The position numbers were made by a program, and so were the translations under genes. DNA of 64,000 nucleotides from Candidatus Nomurabacteria bacterium (GTDB taxonomy: Bacteria > Patescibacteriota > WWE3 > UBA101185 > UBA10185). Where the stretch lies: the NCBI GenBank assembly GCA_020631855.1, contig JACKGU010000001.1, forward strand, positions 39,601 to 103,600, read 5' to 3'. Positions 18,121 through 29,003 of this stretch are shown piece by piece. Below the pieces are notes generated by a model. The model did no database searches, had not been told where the DNA came from, and was given only the letters and a program-made list of their open reading frames with translations. Within the stretch, counting starts at the first letter, position 1. Every line of letters begins with the position of its first letter.

Positions 18121-20049
18121 ATGTTAATAACAAAAAAGAAAAGCCAAAATAGCTCCAGCAAGGGGCAGAAAATTCAACCAGGAAAGAACATTAAAGGGCG
18201 GATCAAAAGCGGCAAATCCGGGCCTGTAAAAAAGCAGGCCCCGAAAGACCTAAGAAGCCTTCTAAGTAACATTTATTTGTATCTTTTTGTCTTTATTATT
18301 GGGGTTTTTATTTTAGACGGACTTGGTTTAATTGGCCCTGCCCCGGAATCGATACCTTTTAACGAAGTGCTGCGCCTTGTTAATGAAGATCAAGTTCAAG
18401 ATATTACGGTAAAAGACAGCGACCTAACAATATTGTTAAAGGACGGTACCACAGTAACCTCAAAGAAAGAAGCAGGAACTAGCATTTTCGAGGTATTAAG
18501 CTCTGAGAGCATTCCTGCTTCAAAAGTCGCTGGCTCGATCAATATTGAGCAGAAGTTTCCCTTGGAAAGCGTGCTATCTTTGCTTTTATCTATAGGAATC
18601 CCGTTGGTTATTTTGTATATCATATTTAGATCTATGCGCGGGGCAAGTAGCGACATGTTTTCGTTTGGAAGGTCCAAGGCTAAGCTTTTTGTTAAAGAAA
18701 GCTCAAAGATAACCTTTAATGATGTTGCAGGCATAGACGAGGCAAAAAGCGAAATGGTCGAGATTGTAGATTTTTTGAAAAATCCAAAAAAATACTCCCA
18801 GCTTGGTGCCAGGATTCCCAGAGGAGTTTTGTTAGTAGGTCCTGCCGGAGTAGGAAAGACTTTGCTCGCAAAGGCTATAGCCGGAGAAGCCAACGTGCCA
18901 TTTTTCAGTGTTGCGGGAAGCGAATTTATGGAAATGTTGGTTGGGGTAGGTTCGTCAAGGGTTAGAGATCTATTTGCCATGGCAAAGGAATCTCAACCCA
19001 GCCTTATTTTTATTGACGAAATTGATGCAATAGGTCGTCAGCGCGGCATGGGCATTGGAGGCGGGCACGATGAAAGAGAGCAGACGTTAAACCAGATATT
19101 AATAGAGATGGACGGGTTTGATCCGAGAGTTAATGTGATAGTTTTAGCTGCGACAAACAGACCGGATATGCTAGATCCGGCATTGATTCGAGCCGGCCGT
19201 TTTGATAGGCGCATTAGCTTGAATTTGCCCGACTTAAAAGATCGTGAGGCTATACTTAAAATACACGCTGCAGGAAAGCCCCTTAACAGCGATGTCGATT
19301 TTGCCAAAATAGCCAAAAAAACAGTTGGTTTTAGTGGTGCCGATTTAGAAAACATGCTAAACGAGGCCGCTATACTTGCTGCTCGTGATTCTGCTGTAGA
19401 TATTACAATGAACCATATCGATGAGGCATCTTTGAAGGTCACAATGGGTCCTGAAAGAAGGAGGTTGCAAGACGAGAATGAAAAAAGGCTCACGGCTTAC
19501 CATGAAGCCGGGCACGCTGTTGTGGCATATCATGCGGGTCAGCTAGATTCTGTTGAGCGCGTCACTATAGTTCCTAGAGGCGGTTCTCTTGGGCATACTT
19601 CGTTGCCGCCGGAAAAGGATCGCACCAACGAGACACAGACTCGTTTGCTGTCGATGTTGCAGATGATGATGGGCGGGCGAGCTGCAGAAGAATATATTTT
19701 TTCAGAGATTTCCACAGGAGCTGCAAGCGACATAGAGCGAGCGACTGAGCTCGCCCGCCGCATGGTTACCGAATTTGGCATGAGCGATCTGGGCCCTGTT
19801 TCCTTTGATGGTGCAGGCGGGAAATTTTGGCTTGCGAAACAAATGGGCGAGATGCCACACTACAGTGACAGTACAGCTACTAAAATCGATGATGAGATTA
19901 GAAGAATTATTGATTCTTCCTACACCAAGGCTTTAAGCATACTAAAACAAAACGCAAAAGGTCTTGAAACTGTCGCCCAAGCCTTGCTTGAAAAGGAAAC
20001 TCTTGATGGCGAAGAGTTCAGGGCTTTAATGGAGAAAGCACAGGGATAG
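18121..20049 (+). CDS. ftsH: ATP-dependent zinc metalloprotease FtsH
   Basis: TM region, AAA+ Walker [14 protein letters not shown], and HEAGHAVV zinc-binding motif. Confidence 0.9.
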   Translation: MLITKKKSQNSSSKGQKIQPGKNIKGRIKSGKSGPVKKQAPKDLRSLLSNIYLYLFVFIIGVFILDGLGLIGPAPESIPFNEVLRLVNEDQVQDITVKDSDLTILLKDGTTVTSKKEAGTSIFEVLSSESIPASKVAGSINIEQKFPLESVLSLLLSIGIPLVILYIIFRSMRGASSDMFSFGRSKAKLFVKESSKITFNDVAGIDEAKSEMVEIVDFLKNPKKYSQLGARIPRGVLLVGPAGVGKTLLAKAIAGEANVPFFSVAGSEFMEMLVGVGSSRVRDLFAMAKESQPSLIFIDEIDAIGRQRGMGIGGGHDEREQTLNQILIEMDGFDPRVNVIVLAATNRPDMLDPALIRAGRFDRRISLNLPDLKDREAILKIHAAGKPLNSDVDFAKIAKKTVGFSGADLENMLNEAAILAARDSAVDITMNHIDEASLKVTMGPERRRLQDENEKRLTAYHEAGHAVVAYHAGQLDSVERVTIVPRGGSLGHTSLPPEKDRTNETQTRLLSMLQMMMGGRAAEEYIFSEISTGAASDIERATELARRMVTEFGMSDLGPVSFDGAGGKFWLAKQMGEMPHYSDSTATKIDDEIRRIIDSSYTKALSILKQNAKGLETVAQALLEKETLDGEEFRALMEKAQG

Positions 20050-20135
20050 GAATCTTACACACTGTATAAGGTTGCATAAGGAAAAGATTTTTTATTTATC
20101 TTTTTTTATGTTCTGTTTTAAGGCTTGGTATAAAT

Positions 20136-21065
20136 ATGAAAAAGATATTGTTGATTGACACGTTTAATTTTATTCATAGGGCATATCACGCACTTCCAAA
20201 AACCCTAACATCTCAAGACGGGCACCCAATAAACGCAGTTTATGGCGTTACTTCGATGTTACTTAACATTTTTGATGCCGTAACTCCTGATTATGTTGTT
20301 GCTGCGGTTGATAGCCGCAAGCCGACATTTAGACTAGAGGAATTCAGTGGCTACAAAGCGCATAGAAGGCCTATAGATGACGAGCTGTCTGAACAAATAC
20401 CTTTGGTTTTTGATGTACTATCAAGCTTCGGTATTTCCCAAATATCTGCCGATGGCTATGAGGCAGATGATGTTATAGGCACTATTTCTACGAAAATGTC
20501 GGCGGACTCTAATTCGGAAACTATAATCGCTTCAAATGATAGGGATTTATGGCAGCTGGTTAGGAAAAATGTGTTAGTAGTTCTTCCCGCCACTAAGGGG
20601 GTTCCGGAATGGTTAGGGCCTAAAGAGGTGACCGCGCGGTTAGGTTTTGAGCCAAGCCTCTTAGTCGATTTTAAGGGTTTAAGAGGTGACCCAAGCGACA
20701 ATATCCCAGGAGTTTATGGGGTTGGAGAAAAAACCGCAAAAACTCTTATTGAGAAATACAAATCTGTAGAGGAGCTGTACAAAAACATTGATTTTGTAAC
20801 TCCTGAATCACTAAGAAATAAGCTACTGGAGTCTTACGAACAAGCGATTATGAGTAAAAGATTAGCTCGTATTATTACGGATGCTCCTATAGAATTTAAT
20901 TTGAAAGAGACAATTTACCAGGGATATGACAAGCAAACTTTAACGCAACTTTTACAAAAATATAATTTCAAAAGTTTACTAAAGAGAATCGGGCACGAAG
21001 GAAGTCGAGATTTTAATGATGGGTTGGGGAGTTCTTCTAGAATTATGCAGAAAAGCTTATTTTAG
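20136..21065 (+). CDS. 5'-3' exonuclease / flap endonuclease (Pol I 5'-nuclease-like, stand-alone)
   Basis: N-terminal LLIDTFNFIHRAYHALP, Asp-rich 5'-nuclease motifs, and a helix-3-turn-helix region (GIPGVYGVGEKTA). Confidence 0.75.
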   Translation: MKKILLIDTFNFIHRAYHALPKTLTSQDGHPINAVYGVTSMLLNIFDAVTPDYVVAAVDSRKPTFRLEEFSGYKAHRRPIDDELSEQIPLVFDVLSSFGISQISADGYEADDVIGTISTKMSADSNSETIIASNDRDLWQLVRKNVLVVLPATKGVPEWLGPKEVTARLGFEPSLLVDFKGLRGDPSDNIPGVYGVGEKTAKTLIEKYKSVEELYKNIDFVTPESLRNKLLESYEQAIMSKRLARIITDAPIEFNLKETIYQGYDKQTLTQLLQKYNFKSLLKRIGHEGSRDFNDGLGSSSRIMQKSLF

Positions 21066-21077
21066 TCGGGAATTCGA

Positions 21078-21203
21078 AAATTTACAATTTCGTTACTTGA
21101 AACTACTTGTCTAAGCTAGTAGATGTAGTTTACCCAGCATGTTGGGCTTTGCAACGTAAAGAAATTACAGCAAATCATTTGCTTGAGCAGGTGATGGTTG
21201 ATA
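21078..21203 (+). repeat. dispersed intergenic repeat, copy B
   Basis: Aligns over its full length to copy A with about 85% identity. Confidence 0.85.
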
Positions 21204-21226
21204 AAGTTTTTATAGAAAGTGCGAAT

Positions 21227-21892
21227 ATGAAAAATATTAACAAAGGAATAAAGAAGGACCTACGTCAGCACGCGGCCGAAGTTGCGGAGGCGATGAAAAA
21301 GCTATACCCCAAGCCAAAAACCGAGCTAGTGTATGCAAATGAGATGCAGCTTGCGATTGCTGTTATGCTGTCGGCCCAAACAACTGACAAAAAAGTAAAC
21401 GAGATCACCGCAGCCTTATTTAAAAAATATCTCACTTGGGATGATTTTGCTATAGCCAGTTTGCCGACATTACAGAGAGATATACGAGGAGTAAATTTTC
21501 ATTTGGGAAAGGCCAGCCGTATTATAAAGGCTTCCGTTATTGTACGAGACAAGTTTGGGGGCCATTTACCGCGGACTATGGACGAGTTGTTACTTCTTCC
21601 CGGTGTAGCAAGAAAAACCGCAAACGTGATCTTACAGGAGCTTTGGGATATTACTGAGGGAATTGTTGTAGATACTCATGTGACAAGAATATCTTCGAGA
21701 TTGGGGCTTTCCAATGAAAAAAACGCAGTTAAAATTGAGCAGGAACTTATGTCTTTATTCGATAAAAAATATTGGCGAGGTATATCTGGAGCGTTTGTAT
21801 TACACGGAAGGCATGTCTGTAAGGCGAGAAAGCCCGAGTGCGAAAAATGCGTATTAAAAGATATTTGCCCGTCAGCTTTTTTGGAAAACTAA
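21227..21892 (+). CDS. nth: endonuclease III (DNA glycosylase/AP lyase with a 4Fe-4S cluster)
   Basis: HhH-GPD core (LPGVARKTANVIL), C-terminal cluster loop CKARKPECEKCVLKDICP; the ORF-track start at 21107 lies inside repeat copy B, so the start is moved to the ATG at 21227. Confidence 0.8.
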   Translation: MKNINKGIKKDLRQHAAEVAEAMKKLYPKPKTELVYANEMQLAIAVMLSAQTTDKKVNEITAALFKKYLTWDDFAIASLPTLQRDIRGVNFHLGKASRIIKASVIVRDKFGGHLPRTMDELLLLPGVARKTANVILQELWDITEGIVVDTHVTRISSRLGLSNEKNAVKIEQELMSLFDKKYWRGISGAFVLHGRHVCKARKPECEKCVLKDICPSAFLEN

Positions 21893-21911
21893 TTTCGCCA
21901 CTGAACCGTAC

Positions 21912-22568
21912 CTAATTAATAAAAATGGCGTTTTGTACCATAATAATGCCTCCTAAATTGGTGGCATCTTCTATATATGCCCAAGGGCCTGTGTTTGTTA
22001 GACGCATTTCAAACCTTCCTCCGACCGGTATAATTACCGGTTCATTAAAGGCCTCCATAGAGGGGGTTATCTGCCGTATAATAACCGGTTTGTTGCTATC
22101 GTTGTTCCAAATAACTAGCTGGTTTATGTATCCGTTGGTTTGTTTTGGTGTAAAGCCCTCTTGCGTGTATGTTATTATTAATGCCCCGTATTTTGCATCC
22201 ACTTGTGCCGGGGTCATTTGAGATGTTTCCTCAAATTTTTTAAGTCTTTCCATTTCGGCCGCCTCTTGCTCCAGGGCTAAGTCTGTTAGCCTTTTAGCTT
22301 CGTTTTTAGACTCTACGTACGTGGTTGATTCTCTTGTGGAGGTGTTTTGCTGGTAGTTTTGGTCTTGCGGATTTGCCCCGTTTGTACTGTCAAGCTTGTC
22401 GGATATTGATTCCGTAACTTTTTTTAATATTGGAAGTTGTGAAGGGGAGCTGTTTTGTTCTTCTCCAACGGCGATAATTAATAAGAAAACAAGTGCTGTA
22501 ATTGCGCCTATTGCAAAAATCGGCTTGTTTCTAACTATGAAGTCTTTTAATATACCCATCTTAAACAT
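21912..22568 (-). CDS. hypothetical membrane-anchored protein
   Basis: N-terminal TM helix; no family motif. Confidence 0.3.
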   Translation of the reverse strand: MFKMGILKDFIVRNKPIFAIGAITALVFLLIIAVGEEQNSSPSQLPILKKVTESISDKLDSTNGANPQDQNYQQNTSTRESTTYVESKNEAKRLTDLALEQEAAEMERLKKFEETSQMTPAQVDAKYGALIITYTQEGFTPKQTNGYINQLVIWNNDSNKPVIIRQITPSMEAFNEPVIIPVGGRFEMRLTNTGPWAYIEDATNLGGIIMVQNAIFIN

Positions 22569-22621
22569 TATACAGGTTCGCTGAGGCTTAAAAAAGTAGA
22601 TTTGGTTTTGTATTTTGTTAT

Positions 22622-22659
22622 GGAAAAAGTGAGGGGCGGGCTTTTAAAGCCCGCCCCTC
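22622..22659 (-). terminator. intrinsic terminator after the DsbA-like gene
   Basis: Perfect hairpin GAGGGGCGGGC-ttttaaa-GCCCGCCCCTC with a T-run on the minus strand. Confidence 0.7.
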
Positions 22660-22682
22660 AATAAAACTCAACTAAAATGAAA

Positions 22683-23402
22683 TTATCGAACCTTCTCAAT
22701 AGCTTGCAGAACAGTTTCGGTCGAAGCTGCGCCACCTATTTGCTCGAAGTCTCCCGTTTTTGTATTAATTACAAAAGAAGAAGGAGTTCCCCTGATACCG
22801 ATTTTTAGACCGTTTTCTTGATCGCTGCTAACTTTTTTTGCAGTTTCCCCTGAAGTTAGGCAGGATGTGAAAGATCCTTCATCTAAGCCTTGTTCTAAAG
22901 CTAAAGTGATGAGCTGCTCTTGAGTTCCTGATTTTGTACTAAATATAGCGTCGGCATATTTCCAGAACGCTTCGTTCCCCCCAATTTTGGCTGCGCATTC
23001 AGAAGCTTCGGCTTGTTTTTGCGCATTAGGATGGATTGAAGGTAAAGGGAAGTGCCTGTATACATAAGCCACGTCCCCTGCCTGCTCTATTGCAGCCTTT
23101 ACGTTTGGATGGTATGACTGGCAGTAGGGACAAGAGAAATCGGAATACTCTATTAAAACTAAATCACTATCTGCTTTTCCCCTTACGTGATCAGAATCAT
23201 TTAATTCCAAAACACTTCGAATCGTTTTGTCGTCAACAGCGGCCGCTTGCTGGCCTTGTGGTGCGCTAGGGGTTTTTGTTTTTGTCCAAAGCATCCCTAT
23301 TACAAAAGAGGCTATAACAAGAAGGCCCATTAATGTCATTACTAAATAATTGTTTGGGGTACCGGCCGAACTTGCCTGGTACGAATTTTTGCTGTCTGTC
23401 AT
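22683..23402 (-). CDS. DsbA-like thiol:disulfide oxidoreductase (membrane-anchored)
   Basis: N-terminal TM helix and thioredoxin-fold CxxC (FSCPYCQ). Confidence 0.7.
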   Translation of the reverse strand: MTDSKNSYQASSAGTPNNYLVMTLMGLLVIASFVIGMLWTKTKTPSAPQGQQAAAVDDKTIRSVLELNDSDHVRGKADSDLVLIEYSDFSCPYCQSYHPNVKAAIEQAGDVAYVYRHFPLPSIHPNAQKQAEASECAAKIGGNEAFWKYADAIFSTKSGTQEQLITLALEQGLDEGSFTSCLTSGETAKKVSSDQENGLKIGIRGTPSSFVINTKTGDFEQIGGAASTETVLQAIEKVR

Positions 23403-23562
23403 AAGAAACTCTCCTAAACTTTTAACTAACTTTTTCTGTTTAGTAATAATAGCGACATTCGATCTTTATTACAAGGGCTATTTATGTTGCAGAAGAGGTT
23501 TATCTTAATGAGCGTAGCTCTTGCTTCTTTGTATTTAATACTGTGGTAAGTCTTTATGCTTT

Positions 23563-24171
23563 TCAATGTTGAGGCGTACCCCGTAAAACATCTATAGCAA
23601 TTTGTACCCCCTCTTCCGTCAGTACTAATTTGCTTCCTCTAAACTTTGCTCTGGCACAAACCTCCCTATCTAGGGCATTAGAAGTATTATTAACTTGCTC
23701 GGGAAATAGCCCATAAATTGGTAGTGGCGTTTCGTGGTCGCCACGGACTATTGCGATACTTAGATCTGGTTGAAGTTCGGCTTGTCTTCCTAAACCTGTG
23801 TTTGTAGGAGTTTTAACATATCCTACGGCCGTGATTTCCCTCCCATCACCTATTGTATGTTTGACCAAAACTATTGTTATGGGCAATGTGCCGATCTCGT
23901 CTGCAGGTTTTAAGTATTGTATCCTTTCTGACTCAGACATTTTAGCGGCTCCTGTTTGTGAAGCTATAGCAGAGAAGAGCTCTGACGAGAGCTCCGCTAA
24001 CACCTTTCGTTGTTCTTCTCCTGCAAGTTTTGCAGTATGCATCTCTTCTTGTGCAGCACCTGCAAGGTTGCTGCCTCCTCTAGCTCTCTCCCACCTTTTG
24101 CGGCCCTCCTGGCCATATGTTCCCGTATTAGGCATATAACTCTTTATACTATTTTTTTGGATATTTGGCAA
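23563..24171 (-). CDS. hypothetical protein (202 aa)
   Basis: ORF track; moderately elevated GC content; no motif recognised. Confidence 0.3.
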   Translation of the reverse strand: MPNIQKNSIKSYMPNTGTYGQEGRKRWERARGGSNLAGAAQEEMHTAKLAGEEQRKVLAELSSELFSAIASQTGAAKMSESERIQYLKPADEIGTLPITIVLVKHTIGDGREITAVGYVKTPTNTGLGRQAELQPDLSIAIVRGDHETPLPIYGLFPEQVNNTSNALDREVCARAKFRGSKLVLTEEGVQIAIDVLRGTPQH

Positions 24172-24195
24172 AATCCTTTAATTTTTTACATAAAT

Positions 24196-25191
24196 TCAAG
24201 CTATCTTGCCGATTTTGTCTGCGAGTTCCATGTTAACTAGGTTGGTGGGGGCAGTTCCTTTTATTAGTACGTCTATTATGTTTTGTGCAGCCATTCTGGC
24301 CATCTGAATTCTTGCTTCTCTTGTTGCGCTTGCTATGTGTGGGGTTAGAATTATGTTATTGAGGCTGGTTAGTCCGTTATAAAGACTTGGTTCGTCTTCA
24401 AAGACATCTAGAGCCGCACCTTCTATTGTATTATTTTTTAGAGCCTCGTATAAGGCGGCCTCATTTACTATCGGTCCTCTCGCAGTATTTATTAAATAGG
24501 CGGTGGGTTTCATGAGCTCAAGCTCCTTCTGATTTATTAAGTGGCGCGTGCTTTCTATAAGGGGGCAGTTTAATGAAACAAAATCAGAGTTCGTTAATAA
24601 TTCCTCAAGCTCAACTTTTTTTGCGTCACATTCTTTTTCTATATCAATGTGTTCTTTTGGATCGGAGTACAAGATCTTCATTTTTAGACCGCCGTGGGCG
24701 AGCCTCGCCAGGTGTTGGCCGATTCTTCCCATGCCTATAATCCCCAAAACCTTATTTCTTAATGTAGGGCCTAGGAAAAGCATTGGGTCCCAGAATTGGT
24801 AGTTACCGTTTCGTACAAATTTATCGGCCGTTACAATGTTTTTGCTTAGAGCATAGATTAGCCCTAGTGTAAACTCGGCCACTGATTCAGTTAGATCGCC
24901 CGGAGTGTTTGATACATAAACTTTGTTTTTTGTTGCAGTTTCAATGTCTATGTTGTCATAACCCACGGCATAGTGCGCGATTATTTTTAAGTTTTGTCCG
25001 GCCGCCTCAATAATTTTTTGTGTTATCTTATCGGGAATTACTGGTAGTATTGCGTCGACCCCTACAACCGCCTTAAGCAACGCCTCTTCTGAAAGAGGGG
25101 GGCCTTTCCTGTAGTCTATCTCTATAGAAGGGTATTGTTCTAAAATTTTAATTCCGGCATCGGGGATTTCTCTTGTGATGAGCAGTTTCAT
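24196..25191 (-). CDS. D-isomer-specific 2-hydroxyacid dehydrogenase (glycerate / hydroxypyruvate reductase-like)
   Basis: NAD-binding GIIGMGRIGQHLARLA and the catalytic-domain layout of the D-2-hydroxyacid dehydrogenase family. Confidence 0.75.
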   Translation of the reverse strand: MKLLITREIPDAGIKILEQYPSIEIDYRKGPPLSEEALLKAVVGVDAILPVIPDKITQKIIEAAGQNLKIIAHYAVGYDNIDIETATKNKVYVSNTPGDLTESVAEFTLGLIYALSKNIVTADKFVRNGNYQFWDPMLFLGPTLRNKVLGIIGMGRIGQHLARLAHGGLKMKILYSDPKEHIDIEKECDAKKVELEELLTNSDFVSLNCPLIESTRHLINQKELELMKPTAYLINTARGPIVNEAALYEALKNNTIEGAALDVFEDEPSLYNGLTSLNNIILTPHIASATREARIQMARMAAQNIIDVLIKGTAPTNLVNMELADKIGKIA

Positions 25192-25249
25192 ACTTTAAGT
25201 GTAGCATTATTAATTTTTTTCATAAATATTCTATTTGTGAGGGCGCTGT

Positions 25250-26206
25250 TTATGAGGTTATCTCTTTTTTAGTCAGGAGGCCGTCGATACATCCTACACA
25301 TTTTACTATGCTGGCAGAATTTTTAGTTCCCCAAAGTAAAGCTTCCTTAAGACTTTTTTTATAGTATATCGCCGCCATAAAAGCCGCCGCAAAGGCGTCC
25401 CCGGCACCTGTTTTGTCTACAATAGGTTCTGCAACCTTAATTATGGGCATTTCCTCGTAAGATTCTCCATCAGAAGCGCTGGAGCCGTGTTTTCCGTTAG
25501 TAATAACTGTTTTTTTGGGCCCCAGTTTTTGCAATTTTTCGTGTAGTTCTGTTTGTGCCGCTGAAAGCCCGGTTGGGAGACCGATTATTGCATACGCTTC
25601 CTCTCTATTTACAAACAATATATCTGTGCGTTTTAAGACGTTTAGCAATTTTCCTGTTCCTGCGCGCATGTGATACGTGCCGGGATTAAAGGCAAGTCCT
25701 ATGGAAGGGTTTGCGTTTAGGTATTTCACCAAGTCAGCTTGAAATGTCTCAAACCCGTCAGCTAAAGATGTATAAAAAACCCAAGATATTTGTGGCAATT
25801 TTGTAAATTCGACCTCGTATTTATATGGGTAGTGGTATGAAAATATCGTGCGGTCGCCTTTGCCCCAAATAATCGTATGCACGTTAGTGTCTACCCCTTT
25901 GTTTTGTCTGCAAAGGTGTGTGTTTATACCGTAACTTTTGTATTTTTCTATGAACCTAGAACCGTTTTGATCCTCGCCAAGTTCAGTATAAATGGCGGTA
26001 TTAATATTTAGCCTTTGGAGACCTACGGCAACGTGGCATGCGTTTCCTGCAAGAGTAGAGGCAAAAGTTTTGACCGGAACTTTGCTACCATGAACAAAAC
26101 ATATTTCAGGCTGTTTCATCTTCAGATCTTCATGTATTTCAACTGATTCAAGTTCAAGATATTGATCGATAGAGCTGTCTCCGATTACTAATACATCGTA
26201 AGCCAT
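25250..26206 (-). CDS. PfkB-family carbohydrate kinase (ribokinase-like)
   Basis: PfkB C-terminal signature DKTGAGDAFAAAF. Confidence 0.75.
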   Translation of the reverse strand: MAYDVLVIGDSSIDQYLELESVEIHEDLKMKQPEICFVHGSKVPVKTFASTLAGNACHVAVGLQRLNINTAIYTELGEDQNGSRFIEKYKSYGINTHLCRQNKGVDTNVHTIIWGKGDRTIFSYHYPYKYEVEFTKLPQISWVFYTSLADGFETFQADLVKYLNANPSIGLAFNPGTYHMRAGTGKLLNVLKRTDILFVNREEAYAIIGLPTGLSAAQTELHEKLQKLGPKKTVITNGKHGSSASDGESYEEMPIIKVAEPIVDKTGAGDAFAAAFMAAIYYKKSLKEALLWGTKNSASIVKCVGCIDGLLTKKEITS

Positions 26207-26209
26207 AGA

Positions 26210-26428
26210 TTAATATGTTCCAAAAAAAAGCCCGATAATAATTTTTGCAATTCCGTAGGCAACTGTACCAAAAAACATAGAGATCAGTGCTTTAGTGGGA
26301 GGCTTTATTGTGCCTTTTATATTATGTATTGCGTGGTAGGTTATCGAAAAAACAAACAAAAGTGAAAAAAATTCCGCAGTATGCATTATGCCTTGCTCTG
26401 TGGTTAGGTTATTGAAGACATTAAACAT
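26210..26428 (-). CDS. small hydrophobic protein (72 aa)
   Basis: ORF track only; two hydrophobic helices. Confidence 0.25.
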   Translation of the reverse strand: MFNVFNNLTTEQGIMHTAEFFSLLFVFSITYHAIHNIKGTIKPPTKALISMFFGTVAYGIAKIIIGLFFGTY

Positions 26429-26558
26429 TGAGATAATAATATCATAAACACTAATACGCTCAATATTTATTGCGGTAAGACTGCTAGCCTCATTTCGCAG
26501 ATGAAGGTGCGGGTTTGCGACAGTAGAGAAGAGAATACAGACTTACGTATGTAGTATT

Positions 26559-27563
26559 TTATTTTTTATTTATATTATTTACTGCCAGGCTGTATATAGC
26601 TTCACTATCAACTCCGTATTTATTTTTCAGCTGTGCGTAAGTTCCTGATTCTCCAAATGTGTCCCTTGTTCCTATGCGTAAGACTTTCGTGGGCATTTCC
26701 TCGCTAAGAATTTCAGCCACCGCACCGCCAAGGCCGCCTGATTGTTGGTGTTCTTCTACAGTTATGACTAGTCTTGTTTTTGTTGCAGATTGCAGAAGCA
26801 GAGTTTTGTCAAAAGGTTTTATTGTGTGCACATTTATAACTTCGGGTTTTATGCCGTTTTCGGTAAGTTTTTTTGTAGCAATTATTGCTTCGTGGCATAT
26901 TGGTCCGGTGCATACTATTGTCAGATCGTCGCCTTCAATAAGGGTTTGTGCCTTTTTTACGTCAAAAGGAGTTGAGGCTGTTGTTATTTCAGGAGTATCT
27001 TCTCTGCAAAGTCTCATGTACACTGGCTTGCTCAAGGTCACGCTGGCTTCTGTAGCTTTTTTTGTTTGTTCATAGTCTACAGGACTAAGCACTACGGTAT
27101 TAGGAAGGGTTCTCATAATAGCTATGTCCTCAAGTTCTTGGGCTGTAGCTCCGTCGGCGGAGGGGGACAGCCCCGCATAAGCACCTACCATTATTACAGG
27201 AAGATCAGAGAAGCAAATTGAAACTCTAATTTGATCCAAGTTTCTCATGGGCGAAAAGGCGGCAAAGGAGGTTATAAAAACTTTCTTTCCGCATGCCGCA
27301 AGTCCGGCCGCAATACCTGCCATGTTCTGTTCTGCTATTCCGACCTGAAAAAATCTGTCTGGAAAATTTTTCGCGAAGTCGTCGGTTTTCGTAGAACTAT
27401 TAAGGTCCGCACATAGCACCACAACATTTTCGTCTTCTTTTCCTAATGCAAGAAGGCTTTCTCCGAAAGCCTTCTTCGTGGATTTTAGGCTCGGGTTAAG
27501 TCCGTGCATCCGATCGTTTAGAAGCAAGTTTGTGTTTACAGCAAGGGCAGGCTTTAGTTGCAT
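26559..27563 (-). CDS. transketolase, C-terminal (pyrimidine-binding) subunit of a split enzyme
   Basis: About 330 aa; pyrimidine-binding and C-terminal domain motifs; paired with the N-terminal subunit gene upstream. Confidence 0.8.
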   Translation of the reverse strand: MQLKPALAVNTNLLLNDRMHGLNPSLKSTKKAFGESLLALGKEDENVVVLCADLNSSTKTDDFAKNFPDRFFQVGIAEQNMAGIAAGLAACGKKVFITSFAAFSPMRNLDQIRVSICFSDLPVIMVGAYAGLSPSADGATAQELEDIAIMRTLPNTVVLSPVDYEQTKKATEASVTLSKPVYMRLCREDTPEITTASTPFDVKKAQTLIEGDDLTIVCTGPICHEAIIATKKLTENGIKPEVINVHTIKPFDKTLLLQSATKTRLVITVEEHQQSGGLGGAVAEILSEEMPTKVLRIGTRDTFGESGTYAQLKNKYGVDSEAIYSLAVNNINKK

Positions 27564-28090
27564 TCCTTTGTTTCCTTGGCTCTTTCGAACTCAATATCTT
27601 TATCGGTTTTTGTTATTCTAACAATATCAACCGCAATGTTTTTTTCGGGCTCTTCGTTGCAGCTTTCGCCGGGCTCGGTTTCAATTATTGAAACTGTATA
27701 TACGCCTTTTTCTTGATCTTCGATAACTTTTTTAATTTTTATTTTATAGCCTAAAGTGGGGTTCGTTGAACTTGCTACAGCAATAACCATTTCTTTATCG
27801 AAGTCGATCTCTTCTTTAATCGTTAGCAGTCCCGTTGAGTCTATAGTATTGAGAAACTCGTTCAATTGTTCTCTGGAGTTTATAACAAGTCGCTGTTTTT
27901 CCATGTCTTCTTGGTTGTATATAAATGTCGGGTAGCCTTCCAACCTAGTAACTTCAGTTGGGTCTTTTCGAAGTTTAGGTAATTTTATTTCATCCCCTAA
28001 AAGAAAATATCCGGCACCTAAGATTAATACTAGAATTAAGAACAGGGGAAGTAAGTTTATATTTAATTTTGTTTGATTGTTTTTATTCAT
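27554..28090 (-). CDS. hypothetical membrane-anchored protein encoded between the two transketolase subunit genes
   Basis: N-terminal TM helix; 4-8 nt overlaps with both flanking genes suggest translational coupling. Confidence 0.4.
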   Translation of the reverse strand: MNKNNQTKLNINLLPLFLILVLILGAGYFLLGDEIKLPKLRKDPTEVTRLEGYPTFIYNQEDMEKQRLVINSREQLNEFLNTIDSTGLLTIKEEIDFDKEMVIAVASSTNPTLGYKIKIKKVIEDQEKGVYTVSIIETEPGESCNEEPEKNIAVDIVRITKTDKDIEFERAKETKECN

Positions 28091-28976
28091 CGTCGTAACA
28101 CTTTATGCGGCCTTCCAAGGATCTAAGGGCGTTAAGAGCTTTTTTTGCCTCTTTTGCGCTAGGTACTTTTCCGTGCCATTCAAATTTATACTCCATAAAA
28201 TCGGCCCCTTTGCCGGGGATTGTATGCGCAACAATAGCGGTCGGCCTTTCAAAGACTGCCTTAGCCATATTAAAGGAGTTTACTAGTTCCTCTACGTTAT
28301 GTCCGTCTACCTCTAGGACGTGCCAATTGAAGGCTTCCAACTTTTCCCTCAAAGATTCTAGCGGCATAACATTCTCCGTGTAACCGCTGATTTGAATATT
28401 GTTTCTATCTATTATACACGTAAGGTTATTCAACCTCTTATTTCCGGCGTACATCAGGGCTTCCCAGACTTGCCCTTCCTGCATTTCGCCATCTCCTAGC
28501 ATGCAGTACACTCTGTATGATAGTTCTGAGAGTTTCGCGCCAAGGGCAAGTCCTATAGCTTGGGATAGTCCTTGCCCTAGAGAACCGCTCGAGTTTTCAA
28601 TGCCCGGTACAGAGTTTTTGCGCGGATGGCCTTGAAGACCCGAATCAAGCTTCCTTAGTGTTTTTAGTTTGTTTTTGTGAAAAAATCCTACTTGAGCTAA
28701 AACCGCATACCAGACAGGGCATATGTGCCCGTTTGAAAGAATGAACCTGTCTCTGTTTTCATGGTGAGGGTCTTTAGGATCAATGTTAAGTATTTTATGG
28801 TACAGCACTGCGAAAATGTCTGCAGTTCCAAGAGCTCCGGCTATGTGTCCCGAACCTGCCTCTACTAGCATTTCTACAACTGATTCCCTAAGCTCCACGG
28901 CTTTTTTTTCAATTGTGCATATTTCTTTATCGGTACAGTATTGAAACTTGTTGTTTGCAGGCGAGTATTGGGGCAT
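28083..28976 (-). CDS. transketolase, N-terminal (thiamine-diphosphate-binding) subunit
   Basis: GHIAGALGTADIFAVLY and the ThDP motif GDGEMQEGQVWEA. Confidence 0.8.
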   Translation of the reverse strand: MPQYSPANNKFQYCTDKEICTIEKKAVELRESVVEMLVEAGSGHIAGALGTADIFAVLYHKILNIDPKDPHHENRDRFILSNGHICPVWYAVLAQVGFFHKNKLKTLRKLDSGLQGHPRKNSVPGIENSSGSLGQGLSQAIGLALGAKLSELSYRVYCMLGDGEMQEGQVWEALMYAGNKRLNNLTCIIDRNNIQISGYTENVMPLESLREKLEAFNWHVLEVDGHNVEELVNSFNMAKAVFERPTAIVAHTIPGKGADFMEYKFEWHGKVPSAKEAKKALNALRSLEGRIKCYDDE

Positions 28977-29003
28977 TAAGTATAGTATCTAATTTATTAC
29001 GGT

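Noticed and set aside
18396-19781. Antisense ORFs within ftsH (18396..18980, 19038..19493, 19539..19781)
   Set aside because: They are opposite a strongly supported FtsH coding sequence and encode Ser/Ala-rich low-complexity proteins.
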